Shown: positions 1 through 12,073 of the stretch, piece by piece
Position numbering within the stretch: position 1 is the stretch's first letter
How the letters are laid out: each line of letters begins with the position of its first letter
Source of the DNA: Azolla caroliniana
Lineage: Eukaryota; Plantae; Polypodiophyta
Direction of reading: 5' to 3'
Length of the DNA stretch: 64,000 nt
NCBI GenBank assembly: GCA_043228905.1
Contig: JBHGNT010000015.1
Coordinates: forward strand, 9,548,001 to 9,612,000
The notes under the pieces: generated by a model
The model's input: the letters and a program-made list of their open reading frames with translations, nothing else
Told to the model about the DNA's origin: nothing
Database searches by the model: none
Program-made: the position numbers and the translations under genes

Positions 1-1
1 G

Positions 2-619
2 TTGTTGCAAACAGAAGCAGAAAATAATGCTCGAATTGATGATTTACGAAGAACATTGGCAGCAGCGCAGTTTCAGGCAAGTATAACCGAGGAAAAAATT
101 CGAGCTATCCCAAAACGCCATAAGCTTAACACCTTGAAAATGGTGAATGAGTCCATCGATAAGGGCTGGAAAACTTGGTCGGCACAAGCAGCCAAACTTC
201 AGTTGTTACGGGCCGGCAGGGACAATAGGAAGGCTCACGGCGAAGGTTTCTTCAAAATGACAGAAGAGGCAATATCAACTGTTCAAGAGGATATTGCTAA
301 AGACTTGTATGAGATAGTAGCTTGCCACCGAGAAGAAGTTAGTCGAATTATGCAAGAATTCGACAAACAAGATGTCGACACAGCTGTCCAGCTAGATAAC
401 CTTGAATCTGAAAGGCGTAACCAAACCCCAAGACTTGGAGCACCGGAAACAAAGAAACCAAGGCCATCGACCGAAGATACAAACACGTTTACAGAAACCG
501 AAGACGAAGACGAAGACGAAGAAGACATGCCCCAACCAGAACCTTCATTGCTCGATATTCTGCAGGATGACGTGGACGACGATTTAGACGAGGACCTTCC
601 GTCAGAACTACAGGAGTAG
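2..619 (+). CDS. C-terminal part of an unknown coiled-coil, acidic-tailed protein, probably a retrotransposon extra ORF (5'-truncated by the window edge)
   Basis: Open 205-aa frame. The segment WKTWSAQA...FFKMTEE...IMQEF and the SLLDIL tail align with the degenerate ORF at 46226-47648 (-). It is followed by a tRNA-end motif and an LTR-like segment. Confidence 0.6.
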   Translation: MLQTEAENNARIDDLRRTLAAAQFQASITEEKIRAIPKRHKLNTLKMVNESIDKGWKTWSAQAAKLQLLRAGRDNRKAHGEGFFKMTEEAISTVQEDIAKDLYEIVACHREEVSRIMQEFDKQDVDTAVQLDNLESERRNQTPRLGAPETKKPRPSTEDTNTFTETEDEDEDEEDMPQPEPSLLDILQDDVDDDLDEDLPSELQE

Positions 620-654
620 AAGGGGTACTGTGGGTTCGTCGGGCAAGACCCTGG

Positions 655-669
655 CCCACGGGTGTGCCA
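655..669 (-). promoter_or_regulatory. PBS-like motif TGGCACACCCGTGGG, complementary to a tRNA-Arg(UCU)-like 3' end
   Basis: The + strand reads CCCACGGGTGTGCCA, 2 nt before TGTTACC. The same motif occurs at 46176-46192. The tRNA assignment is from memory of plant tRNA-Arg(UCU) ends and needs a one-base gap. Confidence 0.6.
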
Positions 670-671
670 AG

Positions 672-1113
672 TGTTACCAAAACAAGTGGGAAAGTGTCGA
701 AGTCAGAAATGTCGAAGGTTTGAAGTCGGAATCGGAGTCGGATCGGTATAGAGGATCGATGAGTCAGCATTTGCCGTAGAAATTATAGTTAGTTAGAGAT
801 TTTGTAGTTGTTGCCTTTTTGGCAATATGTTTTCTTGATGAGGAAGCCCTTCCGGTTGCCTATAAAAGGAATCGAAGGCAGTGTAAAGAGACATCGTTTT
901 ATTTAGTAATATAAAGTTAGTTTAGGAAATCTCTGTGTACGAAACACTCTGTCAATCTATTTCCTTTCTGTCATAACTTAATACGTAAATAGCGATCTCG
1001 ATGTTTACAGCCATTTTAGTATCTATTCGTCTAAACCACAATTCATTGGTAGAACGTTCGATGAGCAACGTTCGACTTATACTGTGTCAGCAATAGTTAT
1101 TGTCGACCGAACA
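672..1113. repeat. LTR-like segment (TGTT...AACA, about 440 bp)
   Basis: TG...CA termini, CCTATAAAAGG near 859-869 and AATATAAA downstream. No partner copy is in the window and the right boundary is approximate. Confidence 0.5.
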
Positions 1114-1616
1114 CACATCCGATTTCCATCCAGATGGGTCCTTGTATCTTTCAATCGATCTTTTTCGGTCATCCTGGAGTCCGTTGTCTTCTTCTCCGAC
1201 TCCCAATCAGCAATGGCCTTGTCTTCCATGAAGACTATGTCTCGACTCCGAAAGACCTTCTTGTCTACCAAGTCCCACACTCGATAACTAAACTCATCAT
1301 CGCCGTATCCAAGGAATATGCACGATCGGGATTTCGGCTCCAGTTTCCCTGTCTTGTCCTTTGCTACATGCACGTGAGCGAGTCAACCGAACACCTTCAG
1401 ATGTTGGTAAGACACGTCTTTATCAGTCCATACTCTATGTGGTGTATCTCCTTCCAAGGGTGCTGAGGGTGATCTATTTATCACAAATGTCGTTGTCATT
1501 AGCGCCTCCGCCCAAAACTTCTTGGGCAGCTTAGCATGTGGTAAGATGCTTTGGACTCTCTCCATCATCGTTCGGTTCATCCTTTTGGCCAATCCGTTCA
1601 GCTCTAGTGTCTTCGA

Positions 1617-4600
1617 TGTTGAGAAGCAAGCTCAACAAAGGTATGTGATGCTTATTGAGAAATAAGCTATAGTAGCTATTAGCTAATTACCTACTTGTGG
1701 ACATAAAGGTGAAACAACTATTTAGCTATGCACAATTATTTAGCTATTGGCAGCTAATTAGCTGCATATATAAGTCACTTATATACTTAGGTAAAAAGTA
1801 AGTGTAGTATTTAGTAGAGTAGTGAGAGTAGAGAGTTGTAAGAACAGAAAACTGACGAGAGCAAGTTGAGCTTTGCGTGTAATGGAATAGAAGCTTTTGT
1901 TTTGCTACAGAGGTAAGTCTCCTTCCCCTTCTTTTTTGTCTTGAGCACTAAACAATCCAACACATCACGATCCGTTGTGCACACAGAAGAGCCGTAGTGC
2001 CAGAATAGTACAGATCTAAATAGAAGAAGCTTTTTGGTTTGCTACATAGAGGTAAGTCTCCTTCCCCTTCCCTTTCTATCTTGAGCACCAAATGATCCAG
2101 CACATCACGATCCATTGTGCACACAGAAGAGCCATATCGCCTTCGTAACATGGTATCAGAGCAAAGTTGCTCGTAAAGAAGACTAGAACAATACAGATCT
2201 GAGAAGTTTGGTTCTGGTTGCTTATCTGAATCAGAGAGTTATCTATGAAGTTAATGATAAAAAAAGGCCTAATTGAAAGAGAGAATGGTTGCTAACAATG
2301 GAAGCCAAATAGTCACAGAAAAATTGGATAAAAAAATAATTTCCTGACGTGGAAATTCAAAAGGAAAAATTTCTTGATAGGAAAAGGATATTGGGATTAC
2401 ATTGAAGGAGACCTAGAAGAGGCTCCTGAGATCCTTGAGGAAAATGCAACTCCTGCACAAATTAAAGCATTTAAGGAACGGAATCAAGGGGAAAGGAAAG
2501 TATTGCATTGGCTCTCACTTAGCATCTCAGATTCAATGCTTGGACACATACATGATGCTATGCTTCCAAAAGAAGCTTGGGACAGTTTAGTAAAACTGTT
2601 TGTAGTGAACACAAAGGCTACAAAGCTTCAGTTAAAGACTGAGCTGAATACCTTGAAAAAAGGTAAGATGTCAGTGAATGAATATGCTCTGAAAATAAAG
2701 AGCAGATGTGAATCACTTGCTTCTATCGATGTGAAGGTAGACGATGATGATAAGGTGAAAATATGCTTAAGAGGCTTAGGACCTCAATATAAAAGCTTCA
2801 AAACATCTATTCTCACAAGGGATAGCATCCCAAGTTTTCCAGATCTGGTTTCAATGCTTGTAGTGGAAGAAAGAAATCCGATGGATGATATAAACAAAGG
2901 AAACTCTGAGACTGAGGGGCAAGCCCTCTACAATAGTGCTGGAAGAGGCCGAGGAAGAGGCCATGGAAGATTTGGTTCAACTAGAACCAACAATTATCAA
3001 GGAAGAGGACAACATGTTGTAAGTGGAAGAAACAACATCAGAGGCAGGGGGAGCAATTGAGGTAGAGGTAAGCAAACTTATTTGAATGATGATGGATGTT
3101 GGTATTTTGGAAAACCAAGCCATACACAGGTTGAATGCTATAAAAAGAAAAATGATGAAAAAAGAGGGAAGAGATAGCAAAATAATTATGCATCAACCAG
3201 TGAAGACTGTGATAAAGATGGTGCATTTGTAGTGCAACATGAAACAACAGCAATGGTTGAGTGTTCACGTAGATGCAATGAAGAGTTTATGTGGTATGTA
3301 GATTCTGGGGCATCTAATCATATGACAGGACATGCAAACTGGTTTGAAAGTCTAAGAGAACCAAAGATTCCTGGTTATTTACAGACAGGTGATAATACTA
3401 CTCGCCAAATAAAGCATGTTGGAGATATCCCAATGTGGGAAGAAAAAGGAAAAACAAAATATATGTTGAATGTTATGCATGTGCTCAACCTTGCAAAAAA
3501 TCTTATTTCTATTGGACAGATAATGGAGCAAGGAATGCAAGTGAAGTTTAAGCAAAGTGGACGCTTTATAGAGAAATAGGGAAAACTTATTGCAAAAGGA
3601 AGAATGTTTGTGTTAGATGTGGATATGCCTAAAAAGATTACAACCATGTTTGCAGAAGGAATGAGTGTAATCTCAGATGTGGAAATGTGGCATAAAAGAA
3701 TCGGTCACATAAGTATGCAAACCTTGAAAAATATGTTGAGGAAAGATGCAGTGGTTGGATGGCCTAAGTTGAAAAACTATGAGATGAGCAAAATATGTGA
3801 AGCATGCCAATATGGAAAGCAAAACAGGTTGCCTTTCCCTCATGAAAGACATGCAAGCAAAAAATTGTTGGATTTGGTACATACAAATGTATGGGGACCA
3901 ACAAAAAATGCATCAATTAGTGGATGTAAGTTTTATGTAACATTTATTGATGATTGCTCAAGGAAAACATGGGTTTACTTCATGAAAGAGAAAAGTGAAG
4001 TATTTGATTGCTTTCATAAGTTTAAATGCATGGTAGAAAAGCAGGCTAAAACTTGGATAAAATGCTTAAGATCTAATGGAGGAGAGTACTTCTCAAATGA
4101 ATTTTCTAATTTTCTATGCAATCAAGGAATAAGGAGACAGTTTACATGTAGATATGCTCCACAACAAAATGGAGTTGTTGAGAGAAAAAACAGAACTCTG
4201 GTGAACATAGCAAGAGCCATGATGACTGAGAAAAATATGTCATTGTATTATTGGGCAGAAGCTGTAAACACAACAAACTATATCTTAAATAGATGTATAA
4301 CATCTGGAGTACATGAAGAAACTCTTGAAGAATGTTTCTATGGCAGGAAGCCTAGTTTAGAACACTTAAACATGTTTGGATGCCTTGCCTATGTTCATGT
4401 ACCTACTAAAGTGAGAAGTAAGCTTGATCCAAAAGCTGACAAATGTATTTTTGTTGGATATTGAGAGGAGCAAAAAGGGTATAGATACTATAACCCTTTG
4501 ACAAAAAAGATTGTGGTAAGTCGGGATGTAATATTTGATGAGTTGGGCAACTGGTACAGCCCAAAACAAAATGTAGAAACTGATGAAGACTATGAAAATG

Positions 4601-7040
4601 AAGACAGAGAAAAATCTAAAAATGGAAGAGATTACCATGGAGATGGAAACAATGTTGGACAACAAAGTTCTACATCAATGGAATGTACTGGACCATCTGG
4701 AAGCTCAGGAAGTAAATCTGAATCTAATGCATGGAGTGGAAAAAGTGCAAAACACAAAAAATATGAAGATAAAAAGGGAAAACATAAAATGTTAGAATAT
4801 GAAATGCCTGATGATGAGTCTAGAAACATGGAAGATGTAGATTCAGATACATCATTGGATAATGAGCTTGGTATAGGAGCCTTGAAAATCCTTGGTATGG
4901 AAAAGGCAATGAAAGATGCAAATCAGAAACTAAGAAGATCAGATGGAGAGAAAAAAATTGTTGAAAGATTTAGTTATGACACATATATGGCTATGCATTA
5001 TGTATACATGTCTAAAGTGGTACAAATCCCTGATCCAAATAGTTTTGATGAAGCAAAATCTGATAAGAAATGGGTGAATGCAATGCAAGAAGAAATAGAT
5101 GCATTGGCTGAAAACAAAACATGGGATTTGGTGAAGTTACCGAAAGAAAAAAATGTTGTAGGTTCTAAATGGGTCTATAAAACAAAGCATGGTTCCAATG
5201 GGAATGTAAGTAGACATAAAGAGAGACTTGTGGCAAAGGGATATGCCCAAATGCGTGGAATTGATTATGATGAAACATTTGCACCGGTTGCAAAAATGGC
5301 AACCTTGAGAACACTACTTGTTGTGAGTGAATCCAAAAGATGGGTTCTGCACCATATGGATTTAAAAAATGTTTTTTTACATGGTAACTTGGAAGAGGAA
5401 GTATACATTTGTCAACCACCAGGTTTTGAAGATAAGAAGCATCCAGAATATGTATGTAGGCTGAAAAAGGCTCTCTATGGACTGAAAGAAGCACCAAGGG
5501 CATGGCATAAAGAACTTTCAGAATCTCTAAAAACATATGCTTTTAAAATGTCAAAGGTTGATCCATCATTGTGTGTAAAAAGGATAAATGATTGCATTGT
5601 TCTTATTTTGATTTATGTTGATGATTTAATCATTGGAGGTGATTCCATGGATGAAATAAGCAAGCTGAAAAAAAATCTTGAAATGCAATTTCATATGAAG
5701 GATTTGGGAGAGCTGAGATGCTTTCTTGGTATTGAGATGATCAGATCTGAAAGTGGTATATATATGTTGCAAAAATAGTATGCAACAACTATGTTGAAGA
5801 AGTATGGTATGCTTGGATGCAAACCTATTGGTATACCACTAGAGAAGAACTGCAAATTGAGGGCTGATTTGGGAGCCAAAATAGAAGATGTAAATATGTA
5901 CAGTTCTATGGTGGGCAGCCTCATATATTTGACCATAACAAGACCTGATTTGAGTTATGTTGTTGGATTAGTTAGCCAGTTTATGCAACAGCCAACAAAG
6001 CCACATTTGGACTACATAAGAACAATTTTGAGGTATGTAAAAGCTACTCAAAATTATGGATTGTTTTACAGGGCTGATCTGGACATAAAGTTGGATAGAT
6101 ATACAGATGTTGATTGGGCTAGAAGCCAAACTGACAGAAGATCCACAAGTGGATATATGTTTACATTGGGAAGTGCAGCTATTTCATGGAGTAGCAAGAA
6201 ATAAGCTATTGTTGCACTATCAAGTACTGAAGCTGAATATAGAGGAGTTGCAATAGCCACCTGTGAAGAGGTATGGATTAGAAGATTGCTTTTTTATTTA
6301 GGAGAATATATAGATGGTGTTGTCACAATTTGGTGTGACAATATGAGCAGCATTTAGCTCACAAAAAACCTAGTGTTCCATGCAAGAACAAAGCACATTG
6401 AAGTGCATTATCACTTTGTTAGAGAAAAAGTGATTGATGGAGAAGTGGATCTGTTGTATGTAAGTACAAATCAGCAAGTGACTGATATTCTTACGAAGGG
6501 ATTGAGCATGGAAAAACGTACACAGTTTAGAGACATGATGGGAGTTATAACCATCAGCATGGTAGCTGAAAAGAATGAAGAAAAGAATATTGAACGTGAT
6601 CCCAAGAAAGGATAAGTTGAACTTGAGGGGGAGTGTTGAGAAGCAAGCTCAACAAAGGTATGCGATGCCTATTGAGAAATAAGCTATAGTAGCTATTAGC
6701 TAATTAGCTACTATTGGACATAAAGGTGAAACAACTATTTACTATGCACAGCTATTTAGCTACAGACAACTAATTAGCTACATATATAAGTCACTTATAT
6801 ACTTAGGTAAAAAGTAAGTGTAGTATGTAGTAGAGTAGTGAGAGTAGAGAGTTGTACGAACAGAAAACAGAAAACTGACGAGAGCAAGTTGAGCTCTGCG
6901 TGTAATGAAATAGAAGAAGCTTTTTGGTTTGCTACACAAAGGTAAGTCTCCTTCCCCTTCCCTTTCTGTGTTGAGCATTGAATGATCCAACACATCACGA
7001 TTTGTTGTGCACACAGAAAAGCCATAGCGCCTTCGTAACT
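1617..7040 (+). mobile_element. Full-length degenerate Ty1/copia element A
   Basis: LTRs 1617-2150 and 6634-7040. PBS tRNA-iMet TGGTATCAGAGC at 2151-2162. PPT TTGAGGGGGAG at 6623-6633. TSD TTCGA/TTCAA (one mismatch). Confidence 0.95.
2285..6615 (+). pseudogene. Copia gag-PR-INT-RT-RNaseH polyprotein of element A, with several stops and frameshifts
   Basis: Motifs WYVDSGASNHM, WHKRIGH..CEAC, APQQNGVVERKNR, LIYVDDL and FHARTKHIEVHYH are spread over broken ORFs. Confidence 0.93.
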
Positions 7041-7844
7041 TTCAATACAATGAATTCGAGCCGGATTCCCTTCGACCGGAAATACTCCTCGAACAGTACC
7101 CGGTATTCACCTCCTTTGTCTGCTTGAACCACCTTCAGCTTCCAGATGGTTTCTCTTTCCCCTCTTGTGTGGAACTCCTTGAAGACGGTCAACTCTCGAT
7201 CCTTCGTCTTCAGCGGTGAGAACCACAGCTTCCAACTGTGGTCATTTATGAACATCACGAAGTACTGCGACCCAGCATGTGACTTCGTGTCCACTTGGCA
7301 TACATCGGTATGGATGAGATCTAGTGGTTCTTTCTATCTTGTCGATGGTCTCGACCAGAAAGAGGTTTGGTTCAGCTTGCTAGCCAAACAGTCGGTGCAC
7401 CTCTCAAGCTACACGTCTGTCACCTCCGGAATGAGGTTGTCCTCGGCAAGTTTACGTATCCCCCTCTTGCATGTGGCACAATCTTTTGTACTATAGCTCA
7501 CCGGCAATACCTGCTACCACATTTACTTCCTCCTTGTAAATCTAGGCATGCATCAGGTATAATGTGTTGATCTTCCGGGGTTGGGCCATGATCATGCTCC
7601 CTTTGCTTAACTTCATGACACCATTCCGGATGCTACCCATGTAACCTTCATCATGTAGCCAACCGGGTGATATCAAGTTCAATCGAACCTCCGGAACGTG
7701 TCAAACATCTTTCAAAATTAAGTTGCACTCGGTTGACGTTGTCAGCCACACGTCTCCTATGCTGACAATTCGACATGCACCTTCATTCCCCATCCTCACA
7801 CATCCATGATTCCGGCTCTGTAGGATGTGAAGCACTTTAGTTCG

Positions 7845-9094
7845 TGTTGAGAATCAAACTCAAGTTCCCATAGAGATAGGTTTCACACTAGCTCATGGAC
7901 ATACCAGGCTAGTTTTGTAAATAGTTGGAAGGGCACTTGCCCTAGCTTAGTTGGTGCTTAAACCAACCTCTTGTAACTTAGTTGTTGTTGCACGATAATA
8001 TACAGTCTTCTTGGTTAAGAGTTCTCTCTCTCTCTTTTCTCTTTGTTGCACACACACATAGTCCTTCCGCTACATACAATCACACTCCTTTCTTCACATG
8101 GTATCAGAGCGTGTGGTTTTCTGATCAAGACTAATCAATTGTGGTGTACTACATACAGACGATCAACAGAACCGGTTCAAGAAACAGAGAAGAAATCATC
8201 ATGAATACTCATATGGGAAGCGCGCTTCCTATGGAGAAGCTCGACAGGACAAACTTCGCATCTTGGGAGTACAAGATGCATTAGTACCTTGTCGGACAAG
8301 GATATTGGAGCTATATTGAAGGAGCTCACGAAACGCAGCCCAACCCAACACACACTGACTATCCCGTTTGGGAGCAAGCCGCAAGTCGTGTGTTGTATTG
8401 CCTTGCATCATGCGTACATGATCATATGCTCGGTTATATTCGAGAGACGAAAACGCCGAAAGGATCGTGGGGCAATCTCAAGAAGATCTTCACGGCAAAT
8501 ACGGCTGCCCGCAAGCTCTAGCTTCTCTAGGAGTTGAATGGCATTCAACAAAGGGACATGTCAATCGGCTTGAAGGAATAAGGAGTTGTGTGATGCCCTC
8601 AGGTCGATCAATGTTGGCATTGACGACGAAGAAATGGTGCAGATGTGCCTCAGAGGCTTGGCACCTTGATTCAACACAATAAGGTATGTCGTCCTCGCAA
8701 GAGAGAATCCTACAACCTTTTTCGATCTCCAGTCAATATTGTTGGTCGAGGAAAATCATGCCCGACAAAGGAGCAACGCACCAGAGGGTCAGATGCTCTA
8801 CTCCTAGTCGGATGATAGAAGAAATTTCGGCCATGGAAATAGGGGTTGATTCGGTTTAGGTTGTCACGGTCAGCAGACCCAAGAGCGTAACTCCCACCAA
8901 TGGAAAGCGGACATGAACAATCCCAGAGAGTTCGGCAAAAGGGGGAGTCATCATGCCGGACCAAGCAATTGTGATAACCCAATCAAATGCGGATACTACA
9001 GAAAACTCGGTCACTACGAAGAGGAGTGCCAAAAGAAGAAGTGAGAGTCGGCTTCAACCACCCGACAGCTCACGAACTACACATTGAAATAGAG
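7845..9094 (+). mobile_element. 5' part of copia element C (LTR, PBS and degenerate gag)
   Basis: LTR 7845-8098 (TGTTGAG...TCACA). PBS iMet at 8099-8110. Gag motif LPMEKLDRTNFASW is related to elements G and H. The 3' part is missing. Confidence 0.85.
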
Positions 9095-9170
9095 TAGATG
9101 CGGTATTTGGTGCATGCACGAGAAGACCTGACAAACCAGGTGGAGGGTCGTGCGCTGCAAAACATGACTG
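9095..9170 (+). mobile_element. Gypsy integrase sliver of about 75 bp at the C/D junction
   Basis: Translates MRYLVHAREDLTNQVEGRALQN, matching QMRYLVLAQEDLTNQVEGRALLN of element L (about 33570-33635, - strand). Confidence 0.75.
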
Positions 9171-12073
9171 TACGCGGAAAGTTTGGGCATACTCTATCAA
9201 GTCCAAAGATGAAGCGCTCGAGGTCTTCACTCGATGGATATCTGAAGTGGAGAACCGATCGGGATATAGAGTGAAGACACTCCGATCCGAAAACGGAGGT
9301 GAGTACACCTCCAGAGCCTTCAAACAGTACCTCTCCGGAAAAGGGATCCGACACCAAAAGACTATTCCCTACACACCCATGAAAAATGGAGTAGCAGAGT
9401 GGATCAACAGGATGATCCAGGAGAGGGTGACGGCAATGCTTCAGCAAGCCGAACTGAAGCTGGAATTCTGGGCCGAGGCATTGCAGATGGCAGTGTACCT
9501 GATAAACCTAGCACCTTCAAGAGCAATCAGGCTCGAAGTGCCACAGGCACTATGATCAGGCAAACAGCCGACCTACGATAGGCTCTATATATTCGGATGT
9601 GAAGCCTACACGTTCATCCCCGGGGACAAAAGGACGAAGTTGGCACCCCATGCAACAAAGTGCATATGTCTCAGTTATGGAACCGATGGGGACTTCGGCT
9701 ATCGACTATGGGACCCTAAGAACTGGAAATTGATCCGGAGCAGCGACGTAGTCTTCAATGAAGACTTTATCTTCTCTCAGCGGAACCAATAGAAAATAGT
9801 AGGTAAGAAGGTATCCTTCGAAGATAACAGCACTATCGTAGAATGACCGACCCAACATGCCGAATCGGAGACTCGACAAACAATTGAACTCCAACAAACT
9901 GCCAACTTCCCTACCGACACCGAATCGGCAACAAGTCCTAACATCGAACTCAAAGACAAATCCATCAAAGACACAGCCAAATCGACAAGAGTCGACAAAG
10001 CCAGAGTCGCTAAGAGGCAAGTCAGAACTGAGTCGACAACAACCGAGGGTGGGACACCGCCGAAATCCCAAACCGAGGGCGGGACACCTAACAAGACTCT
10101 TGACACAACTGGTTCAACAAATACCGATGGTCAATCTAAACCGGTCGAAGGATCCGAACCAGATATTACGGCACCCAGGAGATCTGGATGAGCTCAAAGG
10201 CCAACAGAGTTTTATCAACCGGGCCTTGACTATGTCAACTACACGGATGCAGGCGAACCAAGCACGTATGAAGAAGCTATGGCCACACCGGACGCTGAAA
10301 ACATGGCTACAAGCCATGAAATCCGAAATGGACTCGATTCATTAGAATCATACATGGGAGCTGGTCGAACTACCAGTAGGAAGGAAGCCGCTACCTTGCA
10401 AATGGGTGTTCGATATCCGACTCAGAGAAACCCAAGTACAAAGCTCGGCTTGTTGCAAAAGGATTCAAACAGGAATACGGGGTCGACTACGACGAGATAT
10501 TCTCACCAGTAGTCAAGATGACCACCCTACGACTCCTACTAGGAGTCGTGGTGATAGAAGATCTAGAGCTCGAGCAAATGGACGTAAAGACAACATTCCT
10601 ACATGGAGATCTGGAAGAAGACATATACATGTATCAACCGGCAGAATTCATGGCAACGGGGGAGGACAGTCACCTCCTATGTCGACTAAAGAAAAGTCTA
10701 TATGTCAGGAATAGTACTAAAACAGAGAGAGAATTAGTACTAGAGAAGGGAAGTACTATTAGTACTAAGAGGACGGGACTTGCGTAAGACTCCTGAGAGG
10801 GAGGAAAGAGAAGAGAAGAGAGAGAGCGAGATATAGTGAGGACGAGAGAGAGAGAGATGATGATAATAAATGATATAATATAGGAAGAGTAAGTACAAGA
10901 TGGCTATGAGGCTTAAGACTGGCGTTGAACCAATTTTTTTCAACATAATGCCTAGTGCCTTCTTTTATAGTGTTCTCAGGAGTAATCCTGAAGCTTCTAG
11001 AATGTGCCAAAGAAATCTGGAATATACATTAATTTCCTATCATAAAACTTGAATGAAAATAATATCTTACGTATTAGAGTAGATGGTATAATGGTCAAGA
11101 GCTCGACCCATATAACATAAGGTCATGGGTTCGAATCTTGCCATATCATGACACTATCTCTCCCTTAAGACGATGAGTGGAACAAGTCGGCGTTGATTGC
11201 GGACCGGGTTTGTTCGGATACTTTCGGTGGAACTCAGCAAGAAGATCCTGAGCATTGGCGACATGCTCGACGGGTTCCCAAGTACGTTCGCTCGAACTAT
11301 AGCCGAGCCAATCGACCAAATAATAAAGTTTGTTGCAAACAAGTTTGGAATCGAGGACGGCAGCAACTTCATACTCCGGGCCGGCTTCCAACTCAAGCGG
11401 GGGCGGCGGTGGTGTAACACGATCGGGAATAGTGTTTGCTTTATAAGGTTCAAGACGAGAGCTATAGAAAACCGGAAGTATCTGAAGATGCGGAGGGAGA
11501 TCAAGGCGGAACGTGACATTAACCTTACTAGTAATATGGAAAGGACCGAGTCGTCGATAATCCAACTTGTCGCACGATCGAGTAGTCTTGATGTGACGAC
11601 GTAAGAACCATATGCGATCTCCGATGGCAAAAGAGGAGGGAAGCCGATGACGATCCGCATAAGTCTTCTATGTGTGTTGAGCATATGACGAAGATAAGTA
11701 GAGAGATCCATCTGGATCTTGCGTAGCCTCTCCAAATGATCCTCAGCACGAGGATTGGCAGGTAGCTCCGGGGTGTCGATCACCGACCATCGAGGATGAG
11801 AACCGGTGTAAGCGTAAAATGGGGAGACCCGAGTCGAGGAGTGAACAGTATTATTATATGCAAACTCTGAAAAGTGGAGAATCTCGGCCCAATCGTCCTA
11901 TTGATAACTCAGAAAACACCGGAGATATTGTTCCAACGTTTGGTTTGTTCATTCCGCTTGCCCATCATTCTGGGGATGGTAGCCGAAGGAGAGGTTGCAA
12001 GAGACCTTGAGCATCTTGAAGAGATGCTGCCAAAATTTGGAGACGAATTGAGGTCCTCGGTCACTGATGATAT

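Larger units (their letters stand above)
1114..7844 (-). mobile_element. Copia (Tork/Tnt1-like) protease-integrase fragment (element B), split by element A
   Basis: ORFs at 1077-1592 and 6995-7294 match the integrase of element O (HVAKDK.GKL.PK, K.LELNGLA.RMN). The reading frame rejoins across the element A insertion. Confidence 0.85.

Noticed and set aside
11078-11145. Functional tRNA genes in the LTRs (also 21145-21210)
   Set aside because: Acceptor and anticodon stems cannot be folded convincingly, so they are reported only as box motifs.
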